Assembly (NCBI GenBank): GCA_963697335.1
Contig: CAVONQ010000010.1
Span: forward strand, 32,001-96,000
From: an uncultured cyanobacterium
GTDB taxonomy: Bacteria; Cyanobacteriota; Cyanobacteriia; PCC-6307; Cyanobiaceae
Length of the DNA: 64,000 nucleotides
Reading direction: 5' to 3'
In this document: positions 50,289-58,009 of the stretch, piece by piece
How the letters are laid out: each line of letters opens with the position of its first letter
How positions within the stretch are numbered: the stretch's first letter is position 1
Notes under the pieces: model-generated
Told to the model about the DNA's origin: nothing
Database searches by the model: none
Seen by the model: the letters and a program-made list of their open reading frames with translations, nothing else
Position numbers and translations under genes: made by a program

Positions 50289-51289
50289 GCGATCTGAATC
50301 CGCCGACGCCTGCCGTTCCGGCCCGACCCCCAACGTCGCAGACGGAGACCTCTGGGCCCGCTGCCACGGCACCCGCGGCGGTCCCCGTTGCCCCGACCGC
50401 GCCTGGATCGCCGATCGGCCCTGACTGGGAGCTCGATTTCTATTCCCGCCCCATCCTGGATCCCGAGGGCAAAAAACGCTGGGAGCTGCTGATCTGCTCC
50501 ACCCCCGAGGTGGGTAAGGACGGCGCTGCTGCCAAGGACAGCTTTCGCTGGGTGCGGGCCTGTCCCGCCTCCAGCGTCAATTCGATCTGGCTGCGGGAGG
50601 CCCTGCAGGCCGCCCAGGCCGAGGCGACCGCCGCAGGATTGGCGCCGCCGCGGCGGTTGCGCTGCTGGCGAGCCTCGATGTGCACCATGGTGCAGCGGGC
50701 TGCCGAGGGTCTGGGACTGGACCTCATCCCCAGCCGCCGCACCTATGCCCTGGTGGGCTGGCTGCAGCAGCGCGAGCGGGAGGTGTATCCCCAGCAGGAG
50801 GGCTACCTGGCCGGCCCCCTGGCACCGCCTCCCCAGGCCGTGCGGCCGGTGCCGCTGCCCCTGCCCGAGGCCGCCCGGGGTGACAGTTGGGCCTGGGCCA
50901 GCCTGCCGGTGAAGGCCCTGGCCGGGGCCAAGGCCTGGGACAGCGGCTTCGCGGGCCTGGTGCCCCTGCCCGAGGACGCCGCCGCCGATGCTGCCGTGCC
51001 TGGCCTGCGGCTGTTCAGCTCCCGTCGCGCCCTGGCGGTGGCTGGCTGGCTGGCGGGCCTGGAGCCGGTGCGCCTGGAGATCGTGGGCACCCAGCTGGTG
51101 CTGGAAGCGGGCATGGATGATCGCTGGTTGCTGGCCACCCTGCCCGAGGCCGAGGCTGAGGCGGCGGCGCAGGCCTTCACCACGTCGCGGCAGCAGGCAG
51201 CGGGCCTTCAGTTCATCGCGGTGCAGAGCCGCGAGAGCGATCAGCGGTTCGAGGGGTTCTGGCTGCTGCGGGATCTGCCCGATGGCTGA
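50285..51289 (+). CDS. Tab2/Atab2 family RNA-binding protein
   Basis: WELDFYSRP, KKRWELLIC, VNSIWL, PSRRTYAL, GFWLL. Confidence 0.92.
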   Translation: MSDLNPPTPAVPARPPTSQTETSGPAATAPAAVPVAPTAPGSPIGPDWELDFYSRPILDPEGKKRWELLICSTPEVGKDGAAAKDSFRWVRACPASSVNSIWLREALQAAQAEATAAGLAPPRRLRCWRASMCTMVQRAAEGLGLDLIPSRRTYALVGWLQQREREVYPQQEGYLAGPLAPPPQAVRPVPLPLPEAARGDSWAWASLPVKALAGAKAWDSGFAGLVPLPEDAAADAAVPGLRLFSSRRALAVAGWLAGLEPVRLEIVGTQLVLEAGMDDRWLLATLPEAEAEAAAQAFTTSRQQAAGLQFIAVQSRESDQRFEGFWLLRDLPDG

Positions 51290-52103
51290 GGCCGTGCCAC
51301 CGCCGTTCGATCGGCCTGATGCGGGATTCAATCAACTGGCTGGCTGGACCTGGGTGGGCTGCTACGGCGGCTACTACCTGCAGTCCGACCTGCTCACGGG
51401 CTTTGAGCACGGCTTTTTCACCCGCCAGTGGCAGGGCCGCACTCCCGAGGTGCTGGTGGGCTATCTCAGTGCCGGCGTCACGGTGCACCGGCCCCAGCAG
51501 GTCCATGGAGGCCTGGTGCTGCCCGCCAGCAAGGCGACGCTGGAGCCCTGGCCCGAGGCGGATGGGCTGGTCAGCGATGCCGGTGCCCAGAGTCTGTGGG
51601 TGTGCGGTGCTGACTGCACCCCCGTGCTGCTGGCCGACCCCCGCAGCGGCAGGGTGGCGGTCTGCCATGCCGGCTGGCGGGGGGTGGCGGAGCGCATCCT
51701 GCCGGCTGCGGTGGCCCAGCTGGAGGTCGCCGGCTGCCGGGCGGCAGACCTGCTGGTGGCCCTGGGCCCCGCCGTGTCGGGGGAGCGGTACCAGGTGCTG
51801 CGCGTTGTGAGCGAACGGGTGGCCCTAAGCCTCACGCCTGAGGCCACTGCCGCCCCCACGGCCACTGCTGAGGCCCTTGAGGCCCTCCAGGCCTGTGGTG
51901 CCCTGCTGGGCGATCCCGAGCCCGGCCATGACCGGCTCGACATCCGGGCCGCTGCCCGAGCCCAGCTGCTGCACTGCGGCATCCCCGCCGAGCAGATCGC
52001 CACCTGCCCCCTCTGCACCGTGACCGAGAGCGAGCTGTTCCACTCCTGGCGCCGTGACCAGGTGAAGGCGGTGCAGTGGAGTGGAATCGTGGCCCAGGGC
52101 TGA
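51282..52103 (+). CDS. pgeF: PgeF/YfiH family (laccase-like / nucleoside phosphorylase)
   Basis: HGFFTR, QVHG, ADG, ADCTPVL, HAGWRG, LGPA, SWRR. Confidence 0.92.
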   Translation: MAEAVPPPFDRPDAGFNQLAGWTWVGCYGGYYLQSDLLTGFEHGFFTRQWQGRTPEVLVGYLSAGVTVHRPQQVHGGLVLPASKATLEPWPEADGLVSDAGAQSLWVCGADCTPVLLADPRSGRVAVCHAGWRGVAERILPAAVAQLEVAGCRAADLLVALGPAVSGERYQVLRVVSERVALSLTPEATAAPTATAEALEALQACGALLGDPEPGHDRLDIRAAARAQLLHCGIPAEQIATCPLCTVTESELFHSWRRDQVKAVQWSGIVAQG

Positions 52104-52130
52104 TCCCCAGCCCGCCCCAGGTCGCCTGAT

Positions 52131-53816
52131 TCAGCCCGTGGGCTCGCCGCCGAACAACTCCAGCTGCTGCACCCTGCTGTCGCGCGGACGCCTTGGGGCG
52201 CGGGGTCGCTCCACGGGCGTGCGGCCGCCCATAAACCAGCTCTCCAGCGCGGCTCGCTCCTCTCTCTCGAGGCTGCCGGGCTCCAGGCCTTCCGGAAAAA
52301 GGGCCGGATGGCGCTCTTGGCACCAGTCGGTGCAGCTGCCGGGGATGCGGCTGGCCCCGAAGGGGGTGACATCGCTCGGCATGGCACTGAAGCTGCCCCG
52401 GCTCCATCCCTGGCGTCGCTTTTGGAGCCAGGCCAGGCGGTCCGCTCGGGCGCTGGCGTAGTCGAGCATGGGCGGCGGATAGTCGGCCATGGCAGGCGGT
52501 TGGCCCAGCTGGTCGTTGGTGAGGCCTTCGAGCTCCGGCAGCCAGCGACGCACGAACACCCCCTGGGGGTCGCAGCGGTCCACCGCCAGCTGCCCTGGGT
52601 GGTAGATGCGGGTCCAGGCCCCCTGGCCACCCGTGTCGCCGCCTCCCTTCGCGTCGCCACCGGTGGTGACGCCCGCCTGCATCGCCCACTGGTAGTGATC
52701 GATGGGACAGTCGCCATCGAGCAGATGGCGCATGTAGTGGAGGGCGCCGTAACGCCAGTCGATGCCGCAGAGATTGGTGAGGAAGCTGGCGTGAATGGCA
52801 CGGCTGCGGAAGTTGAGCTCGTGCCAGCCGCCGGTGGCCAGCAGACAACGGGAGGCGGCATCGACGATCGGGAAGCCGGTGCGCCCCTCCTGCCAGCGCA
52901 GATAAAGCTCCTCCTGGCGGGCGTTGAGCCGGGCCTCCTGCTGGTGGCAGTGCCACAGGGGCTCCAGTTCCAGTTGGGGGAGGTACCGAAACCGCTGGGC
53001 CATGCCCGCACCCCAGCGCAGACGACTCACCAGCTGCCGCCAGCTGCGCTGCTGGCCGCTGTCCCCGTGCTGCAGCGGCGCGATGGCTTGGAGGCATTGG
53101 CGATGGCTCACCACCCCGAACTTGAGGTAGGGGCTGAGGCCGGAACTGGCGCGGGCGGCGGGGTAGCTGAGCTGCCAGTAGTAGCGCGACGACACGCCCT
53201 GGCTGCAGAACAACTTCAGTCGCTTCAAGGCTGCCGTTGTGCCGGCCGGCGGCCGGGGTTTGCCGTCGTCACCCAGCCCCAGGGCCGCCAGATCCGGCAG
53301 GGGAGTGGGCGCTCCGTCGGGGTGGGGAGGGGTTCGCAGCCGGGTGGGGGCCGGCAGGGCCGGCTCCGCCATCGCCGCGTGCCAGGATCGGCGAAATTGG
53401 GTGTAGGGCAAAAGGGCAGCCACTGCTCCCGGAGGTTCTATCCAGTGGATGGGTATGCCCGCCTTGGCCAGTAGGCGATTGACGCGGGCATCGCGGACCC
53501 GGCCCACGATCCTCTCACTGTCCACATGGGCCACAACGCCATCGGCGCGGTAGTCGCGGACAACCTGCAGGAGGGTGGCGGCCGGTTCGCCCCAGCGCAC
53601 TTCCAGGCGTGACTGACGCGCTTGCAGATCCTTGGCAAGGCTGGCGAGGCTATCCAGCATGACGGCCACCCGGGCAGCACCGGTTTCGGGATGCAGCAGC
53701 AGGGCCGGGTCGAGAATAAACAGCGGCACTACCCCTCCATCGCAGGGGATATGACACAGGGCTGGGTGATCGCTGATCCTGAGATCCCGACGAAACCAGA
53801 CAACCTGCAGAGTCAT
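52131..53816 (-). CDS. cryptochrome/photolyase family FAD-binding protein
   Basis: VWFRRDLRISDHPAL, SGLSPYLKFG, W.EGRTGFPIVDA, ASFL...IDWR, LLDGD, RRWLPEL. Confidence 0.9.
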   Translation of the reverse strand: MTLQVVWFRRDLRISDHPALCHIPCDGGVVPLFILDPALLLHPETGAARVAVMLDSLASLAKDLQARQSRLEVRWGEPAATLLQVVRDYRADGVVAHVDSERIVGRVRDARVNRLLAKAGIPIHWIEPPGAVAALLPYTQFRRSWHAAMAEPALPAPTRLRTPPHPDGAPTPLPDLAALGLGDDGKPRPPAGTTAALKRLKLFCSQGVSSRYYWQLSYPAARASSGLSPYLKFGVVSHRQCLQAIAPLQHGDSGQQRSWRQLVSRLRWGAGMAQRFRYLPQLELEPLWHCHQQEARLNARQEELYLRWQEGRTGFPIVDAASRCLLATGGWHELNFRSRAIHASFLTNLCGIDWRYGALHYMRHLLDGDCPIDHYQWAMQAGVTTGGDAKGGGDTGGQGAWTRIYHPGQLAVDRCDPQGVFVRRWLPELEGLTNDQLGQPPAMADYPPPMLDYASARADRLAWLQKRRQGWSRGSFSAMPSDVTPFGASRIPGSCTDWCQERHPALFPEGLEPGSLEREERAALESWFMGGRTPVERPRAPRRPRDSRVQQLELFGGEPTG

Positions 53817-53878
53817 GCTATTTGCTTGCAATCGGTTGGGTCGAATGGTAATAATGTGAGGAGTGCGATTCTGTTTTT

Positions 53879-54241
53879 ATGCTCACCGGAACAGACCTCC
53901 TCAACAAGGTCAAGGAGCTTGGCGATGTTGGCAAATCCGATCTCGTGCGGGCCTGCGGCTACGTGTCTACCAAAAAAGACGGCAGCGAGCGGCTGAACTT
54001 CACGGCATTCTACGAGGCTCTTCTAAGTGCCAAGGGAGTGGATTTCGGCGCTGCTCCCTCCACCGGCAAAGGGGGACGCAAGCTGAGTTTTTCCACAAAG
54101 GTGCAATTCAATGGCAATCTGATGGTGGGCAAGGCCTACACCGCCTTGCTGGGCCTCGAGCCCGGTGATGAATTCGAGATCAAGCTGGGCCGCAAGCAGA
54201 TTCGCCTGGTGCCCCTGGGTGGCGAGGACGAGGAGGAGTGA
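53879..54241 (+). CDS. cyanobacterial AbrB-like transcriptional regulator
   Basis: MLTG.DLL.KV, CGYV, FTAFYEALL.AKG, NGNLMVGKAYT, GDEFEIKLGRKQIRL. Confidence 0.92.
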   Translation: MLTGTDLLNKVKELGDVGKSDLVRACGYVSTKKDGSERLNFTAFYEALLSAKGVDFGAAPSTGKGGRKLSFSTKVQFNGNLMVGKAYTALLGLEPGDEFEIKLGRKQIRLVPLGGEDEEE

Positions 54242-54246
54242 CGGCC

Positions 54247-55929
54247 TCAAGTTGGCTGAGCCACGGCCAGAGCCACTTGCTCAGCCAGCTTGATGCCGTC
54301 GATGGCGGCAGAGAGGATTCCACCGGCATACCCAGCCCCTTCACCTCCCGGATAGAGCCCCGGGGTGTTGAGGCTCTCGAGGGTTGTGCGATCGCGGGGA
54401 ATCCTCAGCGGTGATGACGTACGCGTTTCCACGCCGGTGAGCAGGGCACCGGAGCTGCTGAATCCAGGAAGCTTGCCCTCGAAGGCGGGCAGCGCTTCCC
54501 TGAGGGCACCCACCACGTAGGGCGGCAGGCAGCTGCTCAGGTGGGCCCGATGAACACCAGGCTGGTAGGAGGGAATCACGCTCGTGAAGGCCCCCTCCCC
54601 CTGGCCCTCAGGGCTGATGTCGGCCAGGAAATCGGCAACGGTCTGGACCGGTGCCTGGTAGGCGCCCCCACCCGCCGCGAAGGCCAGCTGTTCCCAGTGC
54701 CTCTGGAAGGCCACCCCCGCCAGCGGGTCGTGCTCGAAGCGGCCGTAGGACAGTAGATCCTCCAGGGTGACCGGCACCACCAGGCCGCTGTTGGCATTGC
54801 GCTCGTTGCGGGAGTGCTGGCTCATGCCATTGGTCACCACCGCACCGGCCTCCGAGGTGGCCCCCACCACCAGGCCGCCCGGGCACATGCAGAAGCTGTA
54901 GACGCTGCGGCCCTCCAGGCCCGCCCCGCTGCAGTGGTGCACCAGCTTGTACTCGGCGGCGCCTAGGCGGGGGTGCCCGGCCGCCTCGCCCCAGCGGGCC
55001 CGGTCGATCAGGGGCTGGGGATGCTCGATCCGCAGACCGATGGCGAAGGGCTTGGGCTCCAGCGCCACGCCACACTCCTCCAGCTTCACGAAGGTGTCGC
55101 GGGCGCTATGACCCACCGCCAGCACCACCGCGTGGGTGGTGATGGTCTGGCCATCGGCCAGCCGCACGCCCTGTACCCTGCGGCTGCCAGGAGCCAGGAG
55201 CAGCCCCTCCACCCTGGTGCCGAAGCGCACGTCCCCACCCAGCGTCTCGATCCGCTGCCGCAGCCCCCGCACCACCGTGGCCAGCTTGAAGGTGCCGATG
55301 TGGGGGTGGTGGTGCGTGAGGATCTCCGGGTTGGCCCCGGCGGCCACCAGCTCCTCCAGCACCTTGCGGCAGTAGGGGAGGGGTTCGCTCACCTGGCTGT
55401 AGAGCTTGCCGTCGGAGAAGGTGCCGGCACCGCCCTCGCCGAATTGGGCATTGGACTCCGGGTTGAACGGCAGCTGGCCCTTCCAGAAGCCAAAGGTGTC
55501 GGCGCTGCGCTGCTTCACGGCCGGCCCTCGCTCCAGCAGCAGGGGCCGCAGCCCCATCTGGGCCAGCAGCAGGGCGGCGAAGTAGCCGCAGGGTCCCGCG
55601 CCCACCACCACCGGCCGGGTAGCGGCGCTGTAGCTGCCACTGCCGGTGGGCAGCACGGGGTGATAGGTGCTGTCGGGGCTGGGCCTCAGGTGGGGATCCC
55701 CGCGGAAGCGCTGCAGCAGCCGCTCCTGCTCCCGCTCGCTGAGATCGAGCACCAGATCCAGGCTGTACACCAGCTGGATCGGCTTGCCGCGGCGGGCATC
55801 CACACTGCGCTTCACCAGCTGGTGGTGGCTCAGCTGAGCGGCGCTGAGCCGCAGCCGCCGGCAGATCGCCGCTGGCAGATCGGAATCCCCATGGTCCAGG
55901 GGCAGCTTCAGCTCACTCAGCCGCAGCAA
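54247..55929 (-). CDS. NAD(P)/FAD-dependent oxidoreductase
   Basis: GAGPCG, FGEGGAGTFSDGKL, FCMCPGG, GEGAGYAGGILSAAIDG; TTG start inferred. Confidence 0.9.
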   Translation of the reverse strand: MLRLSELKLPLDHGDSDLPAAICRRLRLSAAQLSHHQLVKRSVDARRGKPIQLVYSLDLVLDLSEREQERLLQRFRGDPHLRPSPDSTYHPVLPTGSGSYSAATRPVVVGAGPCGYFAALLLAQMGLRPLLLERGPAVKQRSADTFGFWKGQLPFNPESNAQFGEGGAGTFSDGKLYSQVSEPLPYCRKVLEELVAAGANPEILTHHHPHIGTFKLATVVRGLRQRIETLGGDVRFGTRVEGLLLAPGSRRVQGVRLADGQTITTHAVVLAVGHSARDTFVKLEECGVALEPKPFAIGLRIEHPQPLIDRARWGEAAGHPRLGAAEYKLVHHCSGAGLEGRSVYSFCMCPGGLVVGATSEAGAVVTNGMSQHSRNERNANSGLVVPVTLEDLLSYGRFEHDPLAGVAFQRHWEQLAFAAGGGAYQAPVQTVADFLADISPEGQGEGAFTSVIPSYQPGVHRAHLSSCLPPYVVGALREALPAFEGKLPGFSSSGALLTGVETRTSSPLRIPRDRTTLESLNTPGLYPGGEGAGYAGGILSAAIDGIKLAEQVALAVAQPT

Positions 55930-56066
55930 GGGATCTCCTCGACGGTGTCCCAGTTGTAGATCGGCGAGCTTCTGTTGCAATCGTCCCTGGTCGCCCCCAC
56001 CACCTACCAACTCCCGGCCATCGTGGGTGCAATCCCGTGCCCATCAGGGACCTGCGCTCGCTGCCC

Positions 56067-56195
56067 ATGGGTCTGGCCCACTGTCCCCTCTGTGTCGCCC
56101 TGGCGGTGCTGGCCGTGCTGCGCAGCGGCGCCCATGCCCTGCAGCTCTGGCAGTTGAGGCCCGCCGCGGTGCCGCTGCCCATCCCCTCTCCCTAG
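56067..56195 (+). CDS. small CxxC membrane protein (42 aa, not in ORF track)
   Basis: MGLAHCPLCVALAVLAVLRSGAHALQLWQLRPAAVPLPIPSP*; GC3-biased codons; co-directional with the downstream MBL gene. Confidence 0.55.
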   Translation: MGLAHCPLCVALAVLAVLRSGAHALQLWQLRPAAVPLPIPSP

Positions 56196-56264
56196 GGTCT
56201 GGCGTGGAGTGCAGGCGAGGGTCTGTGCTTCCCCCAACCCGTGTTGCTGCAGCTGCTTTTCTGA

Positions 56265-57038
56265 ATGTCTTCCGCCCCCGAGGTCTGCAGACTCGAAGCC
56301 ACCTACTTCGGCGCCAACGGTTGGCTGCTGCAGTTCGACCAGCTGAGGGTGCTGGTGGACCCCTGGCTCACCGGAACCCTGGAGTTCCCGCCGGGCCCCT
56401 GGCTGTTCAGGGGGCAACTGCCCCGCCCCTGGCCCGCCCCGGAACGGCTGGATCTGCTGCTGCTCACCCAGGGCCTGCCCGACCACTGCCATCCCGCCAG
56501 CCTGGCGCTGCTGGATCCGAAGCTGCCTGTGGTGGCCTCCCCCACGGCGGCGCGCCGGGCCCGGGAGCTGGGTTTTCAGCAGGTGACCACCCTGGCCCCA
56601 GGGCAGTCCCACAGCATCCATGGGCTCAGCATCCTCGCCACGGCGGGGGCCCCGGTGCCCCAGGTGGAGAACGGCTACCGGCTTGACCATGCCGCCGGGA
56701 GCCTCTACCTCGAGCCCCACGGCTACCTCGATCCCACCTTGGCGGCCGAGCCCCTCGATGCGGTGATCACTCCAGTGGTGGACCTGGGCCTTCCCCTGGC
56801 CGGGGCCTTTGTGAGGGGCCAGCAGGTGTTGCCGCAGCTGCTGGAGCGGCTGAGGCCCTCCACCGTGCTGGCCAGCACGGCCGGAGGGGATGTGCGTTTC
56901 GATGGCCTGCTCAGCCGTGCCCTCTGGCAGCGGGGCAGCGCAGCCGAGGCCGCCGGCACCATTGCCGCCCGGACCCAGCCCCCCCGCTTCATTGATCCCA
57001 TCCCCGGCGAGCCCTACCGGCTGACGCGGCCGGATTGA
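56265..57038 (+). CDS. MBL-fold metallo-hydrolase (Lactamase_B_3-like)
   Basis: GANGWL, VLVDPWL.G, LTQGLPDHCH, ENGY, YLEPHG. Confidence 0.88.
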   Translation: MSSAPEVCRLEATYFGANGWLLQFDQLRVLVDPWLTGTLEFPPGPWLFRGQLPRPWPAPERLDLLLLTQGLPDHCHPASLALLDPKLPVVASPTAARRARELGFQQVTTLAPGQSHSIHGLSILATAGAPVPQVENGYRLDHAAGSLYLEPHGYLDPTLAAEPLDAVITPVVDLGLPLAGAFVRGQQVLPQLLERLRPSTVLASTAGGDVRFDGLLSRALWQRGSAAEAAGTIAARTQPPRFIDPIPGEPYRLTRPD

Positions 57039-58009
57039 TGGCCTCCCTGGCGCCACTCTGGGCCATGGCCCAGCCGCTGCGATGGCTGCAGGAGTGGGGC
57101 CGCGATCCGCTGTTGGTCAAGTTCGCCTCTGCCGCGGTGGTGCTCGTGGTGATCAGCCTGCTGATCCGTGCGAGCCAGGCCTCCCTCACCCGCTACCTGC
57201 GGGATGCCGACTCCCGCTACTACGCCCGCAAGCTGGTGGCGCTCAGCGGCTATTTCATTGCCCTGGTGGGCCTCACCGTGATCTTCAAGGACCGCCTGGG
57301 CGGCCTCACGGTGGCGATCGGTGTGGCCGGCGCGGGGATCGCCTTTGCCCTTCAGGAGGTGATCGGCAGTGTGGCGGGCTGGATTGCCATCTCCTTCGGT
57401 GGCTTCTATCGGCCCGGCGACCGGGTGCAGGTGGGGGGGATCAAGGGAGATGTGATCGATGTGGGCATCCTGCGCACCACCTTGATGGAGCTGGGCGAGT
57501 GGGTGGATTCAGACCTCTATTCGGGCCGGATCGTGCGGATCGCCAACAGCTTCGTGTTCAAGGAGCCGGTGTTCAACTACTCCGGCGACTTCCCCTTCCT
57601 CTGGGATGAGCTCCGACTTCCGGTGCGCTACGGCAGTGACCACCGCCTGGTGCGCCGGATTCTCGAGACCATCGGGGCGGAAGTCGCCACCGACGTGCTC
57701 ACCGATGCCGTGCGCCAGGCCTGGGCCGAAATGCTGCAGAAATACCTATTGGAGCATGCCCGCATTGACCACCAGGTGACCCTGGTGCTCACCGACAACT
57801 GGATGGAGTTCACCCTCCGCTACGTGGTGGATGTCAAGAAGCGGCGCCTGATCAAAGATCAGATCTATACCCGGATCCTTGAGGAGTTCGAACGCTTTTC
57901 CCCCAGGGTGAGTCTCTCCTCCACCACCATGGAGGTGGTGGCACTGCCGCCGCTGGAGGTGCACCTGAACAACCCCTACTCCGGCCCACCTGCTGAGCCC
58001 GAGCCTTGA
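57038..58009 (+). CDS. MscS family mechanosensitive channel
   Basis: GAGIAFALQE, YRPGDRVQVGG.KGDVID, IANS.VF; TGATG overlap with the upstream gene. Confidence 0.9.
   Translation: MASLAPLWAMAQPLRWLQEWGRDPLLVKFASAAVVLVVISLLIRASQASLTRYLRDADSRYYARKLVALSGYFIALVGLTVIFKDRLGGLTVAIGVAGAGIAFALQEVIGSVAGWIAISFGGFYRPGDRVQVGGIKGDVIDVGILRTTLMELGEWVDSDLYSGRIVRIANSFVFKEPVFNYSGDFPFLWDELRLPVRYGSDHRLVRRILETIGAEVATDVLTDAVRQAWAEMLQKYLLEHARIDHQVTLVLTDNWMEFTLRYVVDVKKRRLIKDQIYTRILEEFERFSPRVSLSSTTMEVVALPPLEVHLNNPYSGPPAEPEP

Noticed and set aside
57976..58009. 34-bp convergent overlap of mscS and ppsA
   Set aside because: Short low-complexity tail overlaps are common in compact GC-rich genomes; no further signal.
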